This document shows, piece after piece, positions 47,613-56,988 of a DNA stretch of 64,000 bases. Origin of the DNA: Ornithinimicrobium sp. (lineage in GTDB: Bacteria > Actinomycetota > Actinomycetes > Actinomycetales > Dermatophilaceae); the NCBI RefSeq assembly GCF_051004135.1, contig NZ_JBPCKQ010000114.1, forward strand, positions 6,636-70,635. Direction: 5' to 3'. How positions within the stretch are numbered: position 1 is the first letter of the stretch; every line of letters starts with the position of its first letter. The translations under genes and the position numbers were made by a program. The notes under the pieces were generated by a model. It did no database searches. It was not told where the DNA came from and worked only from the letters and a program-made list of their open reading frames with translations.

Positions 47613-49016
47613 ATGAGCGACCCGCCTCCCTCCCCGATCACCGGCGCCTCGGCGCGACCGTCCGCCTCCCGCACCGCCCGAGTGGGCGGGTCGCTGAGCC
47701 GCGGGGCGCGGGCGGCGGGCCACGGCACGGCGCATGCCGGCATCGCCACGGTGCGCGCGGCGCAGCGGGCCAGCCGCTCGGGCGGGGCAGGGGCCACCGG
47801 GCTCAACCGCCTGATGGAGGTGCATGCGCTGCACAACGGCGGCGACGCCGTCGTGGCCATCGCCCTGGCCGGGTCGCTGTTCTTCACCCTGCCCGTCGGG
47901 GAGGCCCGCGGCCAGGTGGCGTTGTTCCTCCTGCTCACCCTGCTGCCCTTCAGCGTCATCGCCCCGTTCGTCGGGCCGTTGCTGGACCGCTTCCGCCACG
48001 GGCGGCGGTGGGCGATCGGCGCGACCACTGCGCTGCGGGCGGCGCTGTGCCTCACCCTGGCCGCCACGATCGGCCAGGAGTCCTGGTGGCAGTTCCCGGC
48101 CGCGTTGGCCATCCTGATCCTGTCCAAGGCCTACAACGTGACGCGCTCCAGCGCCACGCCACGGCTGTTGCCGGACGGCATGTCGCTCACCTCGGCCAAC
48201 GGCCGGATGTCGATGGCCGGCGTGGTCGGAGCCACGGTCGCGGTCCCCGTGGCGGCGGGGGCCGCCCAGCTGGGCGCCGAGTGGGCCTTGCGCTTCGGCT
48301 TCGTGGTCTTCGCCGTCGGGACGGTGCTGGCCGTCCGGCTGCCGGCCCGGGTCGACTCGACCCGGGGGGAGCAGGAGGTGCCGATCACGCAGTACGCGGG
48401 TGGGCGCAGCCCGCTGTCGGTCCCGCTGGTGGTGGTGACAGCGCTGCGCGCCAACGCCGCGCTGCGGATGCTGTCCGGCTTCCTGACCATCTTCATGGCG
48501 TTCCTGCTGCGCAGCGACCCCCCGCCCGGCTGGGACTACGGATTCACGGTGCTGATCGGCGTCGTGGTGGCCGCGGCCGGCGTCGGGGCGACCCTGGGCA
48601 CGATCCTGGGGGCACGGATCCGGAAGGTCGACCCGATGACGCTGGTCCAGGTCACGTTGTTGGTCAATGTGCTCTTCGCGGTGCTGGCGGCGGTGCGATT
48701 CGGGATGGTGACCCTGGTGCTGCTCAGCCTGGTGGCCGGGACCTGCCAGCAGCTGGGCAAGTTCGCCCTCGACGCCACGATTCAGCAGCACGTGAGCGAG
48801 CAGCGGCGCACCAGTGTGTTCGGCAGGTCCGAGACCCTGATCCAGGTGTCGTGGGTGATCGGTGGTGGTCTGGGCGTGGTCCTGCCCACGGACGCGACCA
48901 TCGGGATGGGCGTGGTGGCCGGTCTGCTGTGTGTCTCGCTGGCGTGGGTGGTGGCCGGGGCGCACAAGCAGCACGACGGGCGGCTCAGCGGCCGCGGTCG
49001 CGCGCGCCGAACATGA
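47613..49016 (+). CDS. MFS transporter (conserved actinobacterial family)
   Basis: GDAVVAIALAGSLFF, PFVGPLLDRF, about 12 TM helices. Confidence 0.88.
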   Translation: MSDPPPSPITGASARPSASRTARVGGSLSRGARAAGHGTAHAGIATVRAAQRASRSGGAGATGLNRLMEVHALHNGGDAVVAIALAGSLFFTLPVGEARGQVALFLLLTLLPFSVIAPFVGPLLDRFRHGRRWAIGATTALRAALCLTLAATIGQESWWQFPAALAILILSKAYNVTRSSATPRLLPDGMSLTSANGRMSMAGVVGATVAVPVAAGAAQLGAEWALRFGFVVFAVGTVLAVRLPARVDSTRGEQEVPITQYAGGRSPLSVPLVVVTALRANAALRMLSGFLTIFMAFLLRSDPPPGWDYGFTVLIGVVVAAAGVGATLGTILGARIRKVDPMTLVQVTLLVNVLFAVLAAVRFGMVTLVLLSLVAGTCQQLGKFALDATIQQHVSEQRRTSVFGRSETLIQVSWVIGGGLGVVLPTDATIGMGVVAGLLCVSLAWVVAGAHKQHDGRLSGRGRARRT

Positions 49017-50151
49017 TGTCGTCCCAGCTGGGGACGCTGGGTCTCGCGCGCTTGCGGCCGGCGTAGCCCGCGTCCTCGGACTCCTGGGTCGGTGCTGGCG
49101 CCCCCTGGCCCTCGCCGTCCGGCTCGCTCTCGCCGCCCTGCTCGTCGTCGGGGTCGCCGAAGAAGTCCGCCAGCGTGGCCTCGCGCGAAGTCTCGTGGTC
49201 CTCCTTGGGGTCCTCCTCGGGGTGTGCATCCTCGGGGTCGGCCTCGCTCCGGTCGGCGTGCCCGTGCGCGGAGGGCGGCAGGCCCATCGTGTCGGGGTCG
49301 TAGGGGAAGTCCTCCAGGGGTAGCGCCTCCCCGGGCGGGGCACCACCGCCGGGGACGCTGACCGGGTCGTGACTGCCGGCCTCGGTGTCGCCGGTGCCGA
49401 TGCGCACGGCGTCGGCTCCCTCGGCGGAAGCGTCGCGGTCCGAGTGCTCCCCGGACCGTGCGCGACCCTGGCGCGGCCGCCGGCTGCGCCCGCGCTTGCG
49501 GCTGCGCTCGCGCATGGAGGTCATCAGGTCCTCCGGGGAGTCGGTCTGCCCGCCGAAGACCGTCTCGGCGTTGACGTCGCGGGGCAGTGTCTGCTCGTCC
49601 TCGCTCAACCAACGCGCCTCGTCGTCCAGGGCGTCGGTGGACCGGGCGCTCGGGTCGAAGCGCCACGAGGCCTGTCGGCTGCGCTGACCCGCGACGAAGG
49701 TCACCACCACACTCCACTGTCCGCCCTCGGGCCGGGTGGCGTCCCACCGCACGCGCTCCATGTCGACGCCGCGCGCAGCCAGCCGCTGCTCCACCCGTCC
49801 CTGCAGTGACGGGGGCGGACCGGTCCGGTCGTGCGTGCGGACGTGTGCAGCACAGGCCATGAGGGCTACGTGCTCCCGCTCGGCGAGGATCGGTCCCTCG
49901 TAGCGCTGCACCCGCTGTTGCTCCCAGTCCGTCTGCTCGGAGATCTCCTCAGAGCTCAGCCCCGCGCGGATCATCGACTGGACCTCGCGGGGGGTGACCG
50001 GGGTGGTCGGACGCTCGGCGTCGGCGCGGCTGCGCCGCAGGGCAGTCTGCAGGCGCTCGTCGAGGGCGACGGCATACTCCGTCCCCTCGTCGTCGGCCAT
50101 CATCAGGTGGGTGCCGTCGGCGTGCACCCCGATGAACCGCAACTGGTCCAT
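48985..50151 (-). CDS. sepH: Septation protein SepH (DUF3071)
   Basis: L.FIGVHADG.HL, TPREVQSMIRAG, RYEGPILAERE, disordered C-terminus ending RPSVPSWDDIMFG. Confidence 0.88.
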   Translation of the reverse strand: MDQLRFIGVHADGTHLMMADDEGTEYAVALDERLQTALRRSRADAERPTTPVTPREVQSMIRAGLSSEEISEQTDWEQQRVQRYEGPILAEREHVALMACAAHVRTHDRTGPPPSLQGRVEQRLAARGVDMERVRWDATRPEGGQWSVVVTFVAGQRSRQASWRFDPSARSTDALDDEARWLSEDEQTLPRDVNAETVFGGQTDSPEDLMTSMRERSRKRGRSRRPRQGRARSGEHSDRDASAEGADAVRIGTGDTEAGSHDPVSVPGGGAPPGEALPLEDFPYDPDTMGLPPSAHGHADRSEADPEDAHPEEDPKEDHETSREATLADFFGDPDDEQGGESEPDGEGQGAPAPTQESEDAGYAGRKRARPSVPSWDDIMFGARDRGR

Positions 50152-50279
50152 GCCACTCCCTCTCGTGCCGTGTGTCCGTTGCCGGCCTGTCCCACTCTGC
50201 CACTGGTGAACCCTGGGTCCACGCAGGCCACGCCGGGTGGCCGGCCCGCCGCCCGGTGACAGGTACCTTGTCCTACACC

Positions 50280-50635
50280 ATGGTGGCCCCCAGCGCAGAC
50301 CTGCAGCTCGCCCTCGACGTCATCGGCGTGTTCGTCTTCGCCCTCTCCGGTGCGCTGGTCGGGGTCCGCCGCGGGTTGGACATGGTCGGTGTGGTGGTGC
50401 TGGCGGGGGTGGCCGGGCTGGCCGTCTTCTCGGTCGGCCCGAGCTGCTGCGCCGGGAGCTGTATGCCGTGCCCGCCCTGATCGGTGCCGTGCTCGTGGTG
50501 GTCGCGTTCGAGACCGGCCACCTGGGTGCGGGCATCGTCTGGGCTTCGGTCATGCTGGTGTTCCTGATCCGGATGGTCGCGGTGACCCTCGACCTCAACG
50601 CCCCGACCGCACTGCGCACAGGAGACCTGCCATGA
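50280..50635 (+). pseudogene. Trimeric intracellular cation channel (UPF0126) protein with internal deletion
   Basis: LDVIGVFVFALSGALVG...LDMVGVVVLAGVAGL jumps out of frame to GRPELLRRELYAVPALIG; roughly 90 codons missing. Confidence 0.85.
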
Positions 50636-51822
50636 CCTCGCCGCCCGCCGACCCTGTCGACCCCCGAGACGCGCTCGAGCCCGTTGACCCGGTGCTGGAC
50701 CCCGAGCCCGCGACGAATCTCACCGATGAGACCTCGCCCTACGACGCCATCGTGCTGGTCTCCTTCGGTGGACCGGAGTCCCCGGATGAGGTGATGCCGT
50801 TCCTGCGCCGGGTCACGGGCGGCCGGGGCATCCCCGACGAGCGGCTCGCCGAGGTCGCCGAGCACTACCACCATTTCGGCGGGCGCAGCCCCATCAACGA
50901 CCAGAACCGCGCGCTGCTGGAGGCGCTGCGGGCCGAGCTGGACCGGCGCGGCATCCCCACGCCCGTGCTCTGGGGCAACCGCAACTGCGCCCCGTTCCTC
51001 ACCGACACCCTGCGCGAGGCGGACGCGGCCGGGCGCTCCTGCGTCGTCGCGGTCACCACCAGCGCCTACTCCTGCTACAGCTCCTGCCGGCAGTACCGCG
51101 AGGACCTGGCCACGGCAGTCGAGGAGCTGCGGCTGGAGGGTGGCACGCTGCACGTGGACAAGGTGCGGCAGTACTGGAACCATCCCGGCTTCGCGGCCGT
51201 CAACGTGCGCCTGGTCACCGACGCCGTCCGGGAGGTGCAGGCCAGCACCGGCGAGCTGCCCCGCATCGTCTGCGTCACCCACTCCATCCCCGACCCGATG
51301 GACGACACCTCCGGGTCCGGCGAAGACGAGGGCAACCTCTACAGCGCGCAGCACGCCGCGCTCACCCAGGCCATCGCCGAGGAGGTGTCGGTGACCCTGG
51401 ACCAGCAGGTGCGGGCAGACCTGGCCTACTGCTCCCGCTCCGGACCACCCTCCCAACCCTGGCTGGAGCCCGACGTCAACGACCACCTGCGCGCGCTGCA
51501 CGCCGACGGGGTCCGGCACGTGGTCGTGGCGCCGATCGGCTTCGTCTCCGACCACATGGAGGTCGTCTTCGACCTCGACACCGAGGCCCGGGAGACCGCC
51601 GACGAGCTCGGCCTGGGCATGGTCCGGGTGCCCACCGTGGGCATCGACCCGGAGTTCGTCAGCGGGTTGGTCGACCTGGTGCTGGAGCGGGCCGGGGAGG
51701 CACGCGGTGACGACGTCGAGCGGCCCGCGTGGCCGGTCCCGCAGGCCCGGCCCTCGACCTGCCGGCCGGGGTGCTGTCCCAACCTGCGGGTGGCCAAGCC
51801 CGCCTTGTGCGGGATGGACTGA
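50632..51822 (+). CDS. hemH: Ferrochelatase (coproporphyrin ferrochelatase)
   Basis: LVSFGGPE, HYHHFGGRSPIN, WGNRN, THSIP, WLEPD, PIGFVSDHMEVVFDLD. Confidence 0.93.
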   Translation: MTSPPADPVDPRDALEPVDPVLDPEPATNLTDETSPYDAIVLVSFGGPESPDEVMPFLRRVTGGRGIPDERLAEVAEHYHHFGGRSPINDQNRALLEALRAELDRRGIPTPVLWGNRNCAPFLTDTLREADAAGRSCVVAVTTSAYSCYSSCRQYREDLATAVEELRLEGGTLHVDKVRQYWNHPGFAAVNVRLVTDAVREVQASTGELPRIVCVTHSIPDPMDDTSGSGEDEGNLYSAQHAALTQAIAEEVSVTLDQQVRADLAYCSRSGPPSQPWLEPDVNDHLRALHADGVRHVVVAPIGFVSDHMEVVFDLDTEARETADELGLGMVRVPTVGIDPEFVSGLVDLVLERAGEARGDDVERPAWPVPQARPSTCRPGCCPNLRVAKPALCGMD

Positions 51823-51824
51823 GC

Positions 51825-52715
51825 ATGTCCTGGCCGCCGGCCCTCCACGAGCTGCCGGACCACGAGATGGTCCTGCTCGAGGAGCTGGCGGTGTCGCTGG
51901 CCACCCGGGCCGGCCGGTTCGTGCGCGACGGGCGGCCCACCCGCGTGGACGTCGCACAGACCAAGACCACCGAGCTGGACGTCGTGACCGAGATGGACAC
52001 CCGGTGCGAGACGCTGCTGCGTGAGCAGCTGGCCCGGCACCGGTCCGAGGACGCCGTCCTCGGGGAGGAGGACGGGCTGACCGGGGGTGACAGCGGACTG
52101 ACCTGGGTGCTCGACCCCATCGACGGCACCGTCAACTACCTCTACGGCTACCCCGCGTATGCCGTGTGCGTGGCGGTCGTGGCGGGTGACCCGACCACCC
52201 CGGGCGGCTGGGCGCCGCTCGCCGGTGCGGTGCACCACCCGGCGCTGGACGAGGTGTTCCACGCCCGCTGCGGGGGTGGAGCGCGGGTGGACCGCCCCGC
52301 GGGGCCCGGGAGCTCGGCATACACCTCCGGGCGCTCGTTGGGACCGCTCGGACGCACGGTCGACGGTGGCCCGGCCCTGCTCGAGCGAGCCCTGGTCGGC
52401 ACCGGGTTCAGCTATGACGTGCTGGCCCGACAGGACCAGGGTGCGATCGCCGCCGAAGTGCTGACTTTGGTCCGGGACCTGCGCCGCAGCGGCTCCGCGG
52501 CGCTCGATCTGTGCCACGTGGGGGCCGGCCGGCTGGACGGCTACTACGAGCGCGGCCTGCACCCCTGGGACATGGCCGCGGCGGCACTGGTGGTCACCGA
52601 GGCCGGCGGCGTGGTCTCGGGGCTGGACGCACCGCCCTCGGGCGAGATGGTGCTGGCCACGACCCCGGAGCTGCACGAGGACCTGCACGCGCTGCTGCGA
52701 CGACTGCACCACTGA
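51825..52715 (+). CDS. Inositol monophosphatase family protein
   Basis: DVVTEMD, LGEE, WVLDPIDGTVNY, RRSGSAALDL, WDMAAA. Confidence 0.93.
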   Translation: MSWPPALHELPDHEMVLLEELAVSLATRAGRFVRDGRPTRVDVAQTKTTELDVVTEMDTRCETLLREQLARHRSEDAVLGEEDGLTGGDSGLTWVLDPIDGTVNYLYGYPAYAVCVAVVAGDPTTPGGWAPLAGAVHHPALDEVFHARCGGGARVDRPAGPGSSAYTSGRSLGPLGRTVDGGPALLERALVGTGFSYDVLARQDQGAIAAEVLTLVRDLRRSGSAALDLCHVGAGRLDGYYERGLHPWDMAAAALVVTEAGGVVSGLDAPPSGEMVLATTPELHEDLHALLRRLHH

Positions 52716-52783
52716 GGGCCCCGGCGACCCCTGTTTGGCCGACCCGGCGAGGCGGTGGTGGCAATGCGGGCCGGGATGAGGCA

Positions 52784-52809
52784 CAATCCCCGCGCAGCCT
52801 GCGGACGAA
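52784..52809 (+). promoter_or_regulatory. Third match to the SigK-like promoter motif, upstream of DUF4193
   Basis: CAATCC-N15-ACGAA, with ATG at 52819 again 9 nt later. Confidence 0.45.
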
Positions 52810-52823
52810 GCCCACCCGATGAG

Positions 52824-52838
52824 GGCACAAATTGTGCC
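52824..52838. promoter_or_regulatory. Palindromic operator candidate
   Basis: GGCACAA-A-TTGTGCC, perfect 7-bp arms. Confidence 0.55.
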
Positions 52839-52932
52839 TGTTCGACGTTCACAGGCCAACGACCCGTGGACGGTCCCGCATCTCCGCCCACCAGCGATCA
52901 GCAGCGACCAGAAGTGAGGACAGGAAACGGTC

Positions 52933-53232
52933 ATGGCAACCGACTACGACGCTCCTCGGAAGACCGAGGACGACATCAACGAGGACTCCCTTGAGGAGTT
53001 GAAGGCCAGGCGGTCCGACAAGAGCACCAGCAACGTCGACGTCGACGAGACCGAGCACGCGGAGGGCTTCGAGCTCCCCGGGGCGGACCTGTCGGGCGAG
53101 GAGCTGTCGGTCCGGGTGCTGCCGCGCCAGGCCGACGAGTTCACCTGCTCCAAGTGCTTCCTGGTGCATCACCGCAGCCAGCTGGCCGGCGAGCTCTCCG
53201 GCATGCCGGTCTGCACCGAGTGCGCGGCCTGA
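52933..53232 (+). CDS. DUF4193 family protein
   Basis: [43 protein letters not shown]...C..C. Confidence 0.93.
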   Translation: MATDYDAPRKTEDDINEDSLEELKARRSDKSTSNVDVDETEHAEGFELPGADLSGEELSVRVLPRQADEFTCSKCFLVHHRSQLAGELSGMPVCTECAA

Positions 53233-53261
53233 GCCTGCCTGCAGCGGGCTACGGTGGGGTG

Positions 53262-53786
53262 GTGAGCACCGAGGACGTGCCCGTGCTGCTGCACCGGTTG
53301 GACGAGGGGCTCCCCGTGCCGGCTCAGGCCCACCCCGGGGACGCCGGCCTGGACCTGCACGCGCGCGACGGCGTGGACCTGGCGCCCGGGGAACGGGCCC
53401 TGGTGGGCACCGGGGTCGCGCTCGCCCTGCCGCACGGCTATGCGGGCTTCGTGCACCCCCGCTCCGGGCTGGCCGCCCGGCACGGCATCACCATCGTCAA
53501 CGCCCCCGGCACACTCGATGCCGGCTACCGCGGCGAGATCAAGGTCTGCCTGCTCAACACCGACGCCCGCGAGGCGTTCACGGTGCGCCGAGGGGACCGC
53601 ATCGCCCAGCTCGTGGTGCAGCCGATCTGCTCGGTGGCCTTCACGACCGTGGCCCGGCTGCCCGGCAGCGACCGAGGCCTGCAGGGGCACGGCGACTCCG
53701 GGGGGTTCGGCGGCGTCCCGATTGCCGACCCCACCCGCCCAGCCGGCGCCGATCCGACATACCCCGCTTCGACCAGCAAGGACTGA
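53262..53786 (+). CDS. dut: dUTP diphosphatase
   Basis: [37 protein letters not shown]. Confidence 0.95.
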   Translation: MSTEDVPVLLHRLDEGLPVPAQAHPGDAGLDLHARDGVDLAPGERALVGTGVALALPHGYAGFVHPRSGLAARHGITIVNAPGTLDAGYRGEIKVCLLNTDAREAFTVRRGDRIAQLVVQPICSVAFTTVARLPGSDRGLQGHGDSGGFGGVPIADPTRPAGADPTYPASTSKD

Positions 53787-53795
53787 GACCGCACC

Positions 53796-54503
53796 GTGGC
53801 CCTCTTCGGCAAGCGCAAGAACGCCCAGCCCGACCTGCTCGACCCCGAGCCGGCACCCGTGCCGGAGGGGCAGCCGGGGGTGGACCGGGACTGGGAGCGC
53901 CCAGTGGACGGTCCCTTCGACATCGGCGAGCGACCCGAGCTGGGCCAGCGGCTGGACCTCGGGGCGCTGCGCCTCCCGTCGCGGAGTGGCATGGAGCTGC
54001 GGCTGGACGTCGAGCAGGGCACCTCGAGGATCGTGGGGGTGACCTGCGGGCTGGGCCTGGACAAGGTGCAGCTGCAGGCCTTCGCCGCGCCCCGCTCGGC
54101 CGGCATCTGGACCGAGATCCGCCGCGCCCTGGTCGAGGGGATCGTCCAGTCGGGGGGTTCCGCCGACCCGGCAGACGGCCTCTTCGGCCCCGAGCTGCGC
54201 ACCCGGATGCCCGGCCGCGCGGCCGACGGTCGGGTCGCCTACCAGCCGGCCCGGTTTCTCGGCGTCGACGGGCCGCGGTGGTTCCTGCGGGTCGTGGTCA
54301 ACGGCCCGGCGGCCACCGACGAGGAGGCGCTGCGCACCGTCCACGAGTTCATCCGCGAGGTGGTCGTCGACCGGGGGGACGAGCCACGCCCACCGCGCGA
54401 GCTGCTGGAGCTGCGCCCGCCGCAGCAGGTGCTCGATGCCGCCGCGCGCCGGGCCGCCGAGTCCGCCGCGAGCACCCCGGACACGGGGACGGAGCAGCCG
54501 TGA
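53796..54503 (+). CDS. DUF3710 domain protein
   Basis: LDLGAL, LQAFAAPRS.GIW, GLFGPEL, FLGVDGPRWFLR, VVDRG.EP.PPRELL.L. Confidence 0.9.
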   Translation: MALFGKRKNAQPDLLDPEPAPVPEGQPGVDRDWERPVDGPFDIGERPELGQRLDLGALRLPSRSGMELRLDVEQGTSRIVGVTCGLGLDKVQLQAFAAPRSAGIWTEIRRALVEGIVQSGGSADPADGLFGPELRTRMPGRAADGRVAYQPARFLGVDGPRWFLRVVVNGPAATDEEALRTVHEFIREVVVDRGDEPRPPRELLELRPPQQVLDAAARRAAESAASTPDTGTEQP

Positions 54504-54865
54504 GCCTGGTCGACCGGGTCCGGGACCGGCTGGGCCAGGACCAGGCGACGGTGGAGGCGGCCGACCTGTCCCGGGAGTGCGCCCGGCCCGGGTGCGTGCG
54601 GATCGCCGAGCTGACCGAACGGTGCTGGGGCCGGGTCACCGGCACCGTGCACAGTCTGGCGGTGCCGCCCCACGGGTCGGCCCCGGAGCTGCGGGCCGAG
54701 CTCTACGACGGCAGTGGCGTCCTGGGACTGGTGTGGCTGGGGCGCAGCGCGATCAACGGCATCGAGCCGGGCTCCTACCTGACGGTCACCGGCCGGGTGG
54801 CCGTCCAGGACGACCGACTGCTGATGTACAACCCCGGCTACGACCTGCTGCCCGCGCATGTCTGA
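54500..54865 (+). CDS. OB-fold nucleic-acid-binding domain protein
   Basis: VTGTV, AELYDGSG, VWLGR..I.GIEPG, MYNP.YDL. Confidence 0.88.
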   Translation: MSLVDRVRDRLGQDQATVEAADLSRECARPGCVRIAELTERCWGRVTGTVHSLAVPPHGSAPELRAELYDGSGVLGLVWLGRSAINGIEPGSYLTVTGRVAVQDDRLLMYNPGYDLLPAHV

Positions 54866-55541
54866 GGCCGATCCGGCCGCCGAGGAGGTGCGCGCGGTCC
54901 AGACGGTGGAGGCGGTCATCCGGTCCCGGCTGTCCGAGCTGCTCGGCGGATGGTACGGCTCGATCGAGACGGCGCTGCCGACGGCGGTCTTCGTCGTCGT
55001 CTGGCTCTGGCGCGACGAGGTGCGTCCGGCTCTGCTGGCGGCAGCGGCCATCACTCTGATCCTGATCGGGGTGCGGCTGGCCATCGGCGGATCGCTGCGC
55101 TACGTGCTGTCCTCACTCGTCGGCATCGCGCTGGCGGCGTTCTTCGCGCTGCGCAGTGGCAACGCGCAGGATGCCTTCCTGCCCGGAATCCTGGCCAGCA
55201 TGGGGTACGGCGTGCTGGCGCTGGTCTCGATCGTGACCCGGTGGCCGATGATCGGCTTCCTGGTCGCCGCGGGCGACCCGCACTACGCCGAGCATCCCAC
55301 CGCCTGGCGGCGGGATGCTCCGCTGGTGGCTGTCTGCGCCCGGCTGACCTGGGTGCTGGCGGCGCTGTTCGCGATCCGGGTGGCGATCATGCTGCCGCTC
55401 TACCTGGCCGCCGAGGTGGCCTGGCTCGGAGTCGCCAAGATCACGCTGGGCTGGCCGGCATACCTGATCGCCGTGCTGGTCATGGGGATCATGCTGACCA
55501 CCGGTCGCACGCCGGTCCAGGACCCGGCGACGGAGGAGTAG
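54858..55541 (+). CDS. DUF3159 membrane protein
   Basis: GG..GSIETALPT.VF, FLPGIL, RWP.IG, LGWP. Confidence 0.88.
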   Translation: MSEADPAAEEVRAVQTVEAVIRSRLSELLGGWYGSIETALPTAVFVVVWLWRDEVRPALLAAAAITLILIGVRLAIGGSLRYVLSSLVGIALAAFFALRSGNAQDAFLPGILASMGYGVLALVSIVTRWPMIGFLVAAGDPHYAEHPTAWRRDAPLVAVCARLTWVLAALFAIRVAIMLPLYLAAEVAWLGVAKITLGWPAYLIAVLVMGIMLTTGRTPVQDPATEE

Positions 55542-55560
55542 CGGAGCGCCGTCCGGGGAC

Positions 55561-56253
55561 TCAGTCCTCGTCCTCGTCGAACTCCCGGTGGTGCGTGTCG
55601 GGGTTGAGGGTCAGCGCCAGGTCGCCCTCGGCTTGCGGGGGGCACATGAACAGCACCTCGTCGCCGACCTCCAGCAGCTCGTCCGGCAGCGGGGACAGAG
55701 CACGGCCGTCGCGCAGGATGGTGACCATGGTGGTGTCCTCCGGCAGTGGGACGTCGCCCACCCGGTGCCCCACGTGCGGGCTGGAGTCGGGCATGGTCAG
55801 CTCCACCATGTGCACGTTGCCCTGCTGGAACTCGAACAGTCGCACCAGGTCGCCGACGGCCACGGCCTCCTCGACCAGCGCGGTCATCAGCCGAGGTGTG
55901 GACACGGCCACGTCGACCCCCCATGCGTCGGTGAACAGCCACTCGTTGCGGGGGTTGTTGACCCTGGCCACGGTGCGGTTGACGCCGAACTCGGTCTTGG
56001 CCAGGAACGAGACCACGAGGTTGACCTTGTCATCGCCGGTCGCGCAGACCACGTGGTCGTAGGTCTCCATCCGGGCCTGGGCCAGGGTGCTCAGCTCACA
56101 CGCGTCACCGCGCAGCCACTCCGCGGCCGGCATCCGGGCGGTGCGCTCGTCGTCGGACTCCGAGTCGATGAGCAGCACGTCGTGGTCGTTGTGGATCAGC
56201 TCGCGGGCGATGGAGCGGCCGACGCTCCCGGCCCCGATGACGGCGACTCGCAC
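55561..56253 (-). CDS. trkA: TrkA/KtrA-type potassium uptake regulatory subunit (RCK-N plus RCK-C)
   Basis: IGAGSVG, GDACE, ATGDDKVNLV, ARVNNP. Confidence 0.92.
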   Translation of the reverse strand: MRVAVIGAGSVGRSIARELIHNDHDVLLIDSESDDERTARMPAAEWLRGDACELSTLAQARMETYDHVVCATGDDKVNLVVSFLAKTEFGVNRTVARVNNPRNEWLFTDAWGVDVAVSTPRLMTALVEEAVAVGDLVRLFEFQQGNVHMVELTMPDSSPHVGHRVGDVPLPEDTTMVTILRDGRALSPLPDELLEVGDEVLFMCPPQAEGDLALTLNPDTHHREFDEDED

Positions 56254-56286
56254 GGTGGGTCCTTCCTGCCTGCTTTGTCCGGTGGT

Positions 56287-56949
56287 CTAGTCCTGTGGTG
56301 GCGGCGCGTCGAGCTGGTGCTCCAGCTCGGGCAGCCGATCGCGCTGCACGACGAGGTGCCCCTCGTCGCCGTCCTGGTAGACCGTCTCCGGGGTGGGCAG
56401 CTGGGCGTCGCCCCGGCGGGTGATGAACGCGATCCGCCCCTGCGCGAAGTCCTCGATGGCGGAGAGTCGTCGGCCGACCCAGCCCTCGTCCAGATGGATC
56501 TGGGCGAGGACCAGCTTGCCGGTCGGGTCGAAGTAGTCGGGGGTGGACCCCTGCGGCAGCAGGTGGTGCAGGGTCTGGTCGGCGGCCCATCGCACGGTGG
56601 CGACCGTGGGGATGCCCAGCCGCTCGAAGATCTCGGCCCGTCCCGGGTCGTAGATGCGCGCCACCACCCGTTGCACACCGAAGGTCTCGCGGGCCACGCG
56701 AGCCGCGATGATGTTGGAGTTGTCGCCGCTGCTCACCGCGGCGAAGGCGTACGCCTGCTCGACCCCGGCCCGCCTCATGACGTCGCGGTCGAACCCGACC
56801 CCCTTGACCTGATGTCCGCCGAAATCCTTGGACAACCGGCGGAACGCGATCGGGTTCTGGTCGATGACAGCGACGTCGTGGCCGCGTCGCTCGAGGCTCG
56901 TCGCCAGGGTGGCGCCGACCCGCCCGCAGCCCATAATCACGAAGTGCAC
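56287..56949 (-). CDS. trkA: TrkA-type potassium uptake regulatory subunit
   Basis: MGCGRVG, GVGFDR, SSGDNSNI, ARIYDP. Confidence 0.92.
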   Translation of the reverse strand: MHFVIMGCGRVGATLATSLERRGHDVAVIDQNPIAFRRLSKDFGGHQVKGVGFDRDVMRRAGVEQAYAFAAVSSGDNSNIIAARVARETFGVQRVVARIYDPGRAEIFERLGIPTVATVRWAADQTLHHLLPQGSTPDYFDPTGKLVLAQIHLDEGWVGRRLSAIEDFAQGRIAFITRRGDAQLPTPETVYQDGDEGHLVVQRDRLPELEHQLDAPPPQD

Positions 56950-56988
56950 GTGCCGACGCTAGCGTGCCACTCCTAGAATCGGCATCCT

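Noticed and set aside
12470-50466. Idea that GCATAC sites cause the deletion scars
   Set aside because: Nearest sites lie about 40-90 nt from the junctions (12558, 24428, 50461) rather than at them, which is compatible with chance at about one site per 1.2 kb
53232-53262. Apparent absence of the DUF3093 gene often found between DUF4193 and dut
   Set aside because: No remnant is visible and presence varies among actinobacteria; cannot be called a deletion without comparison
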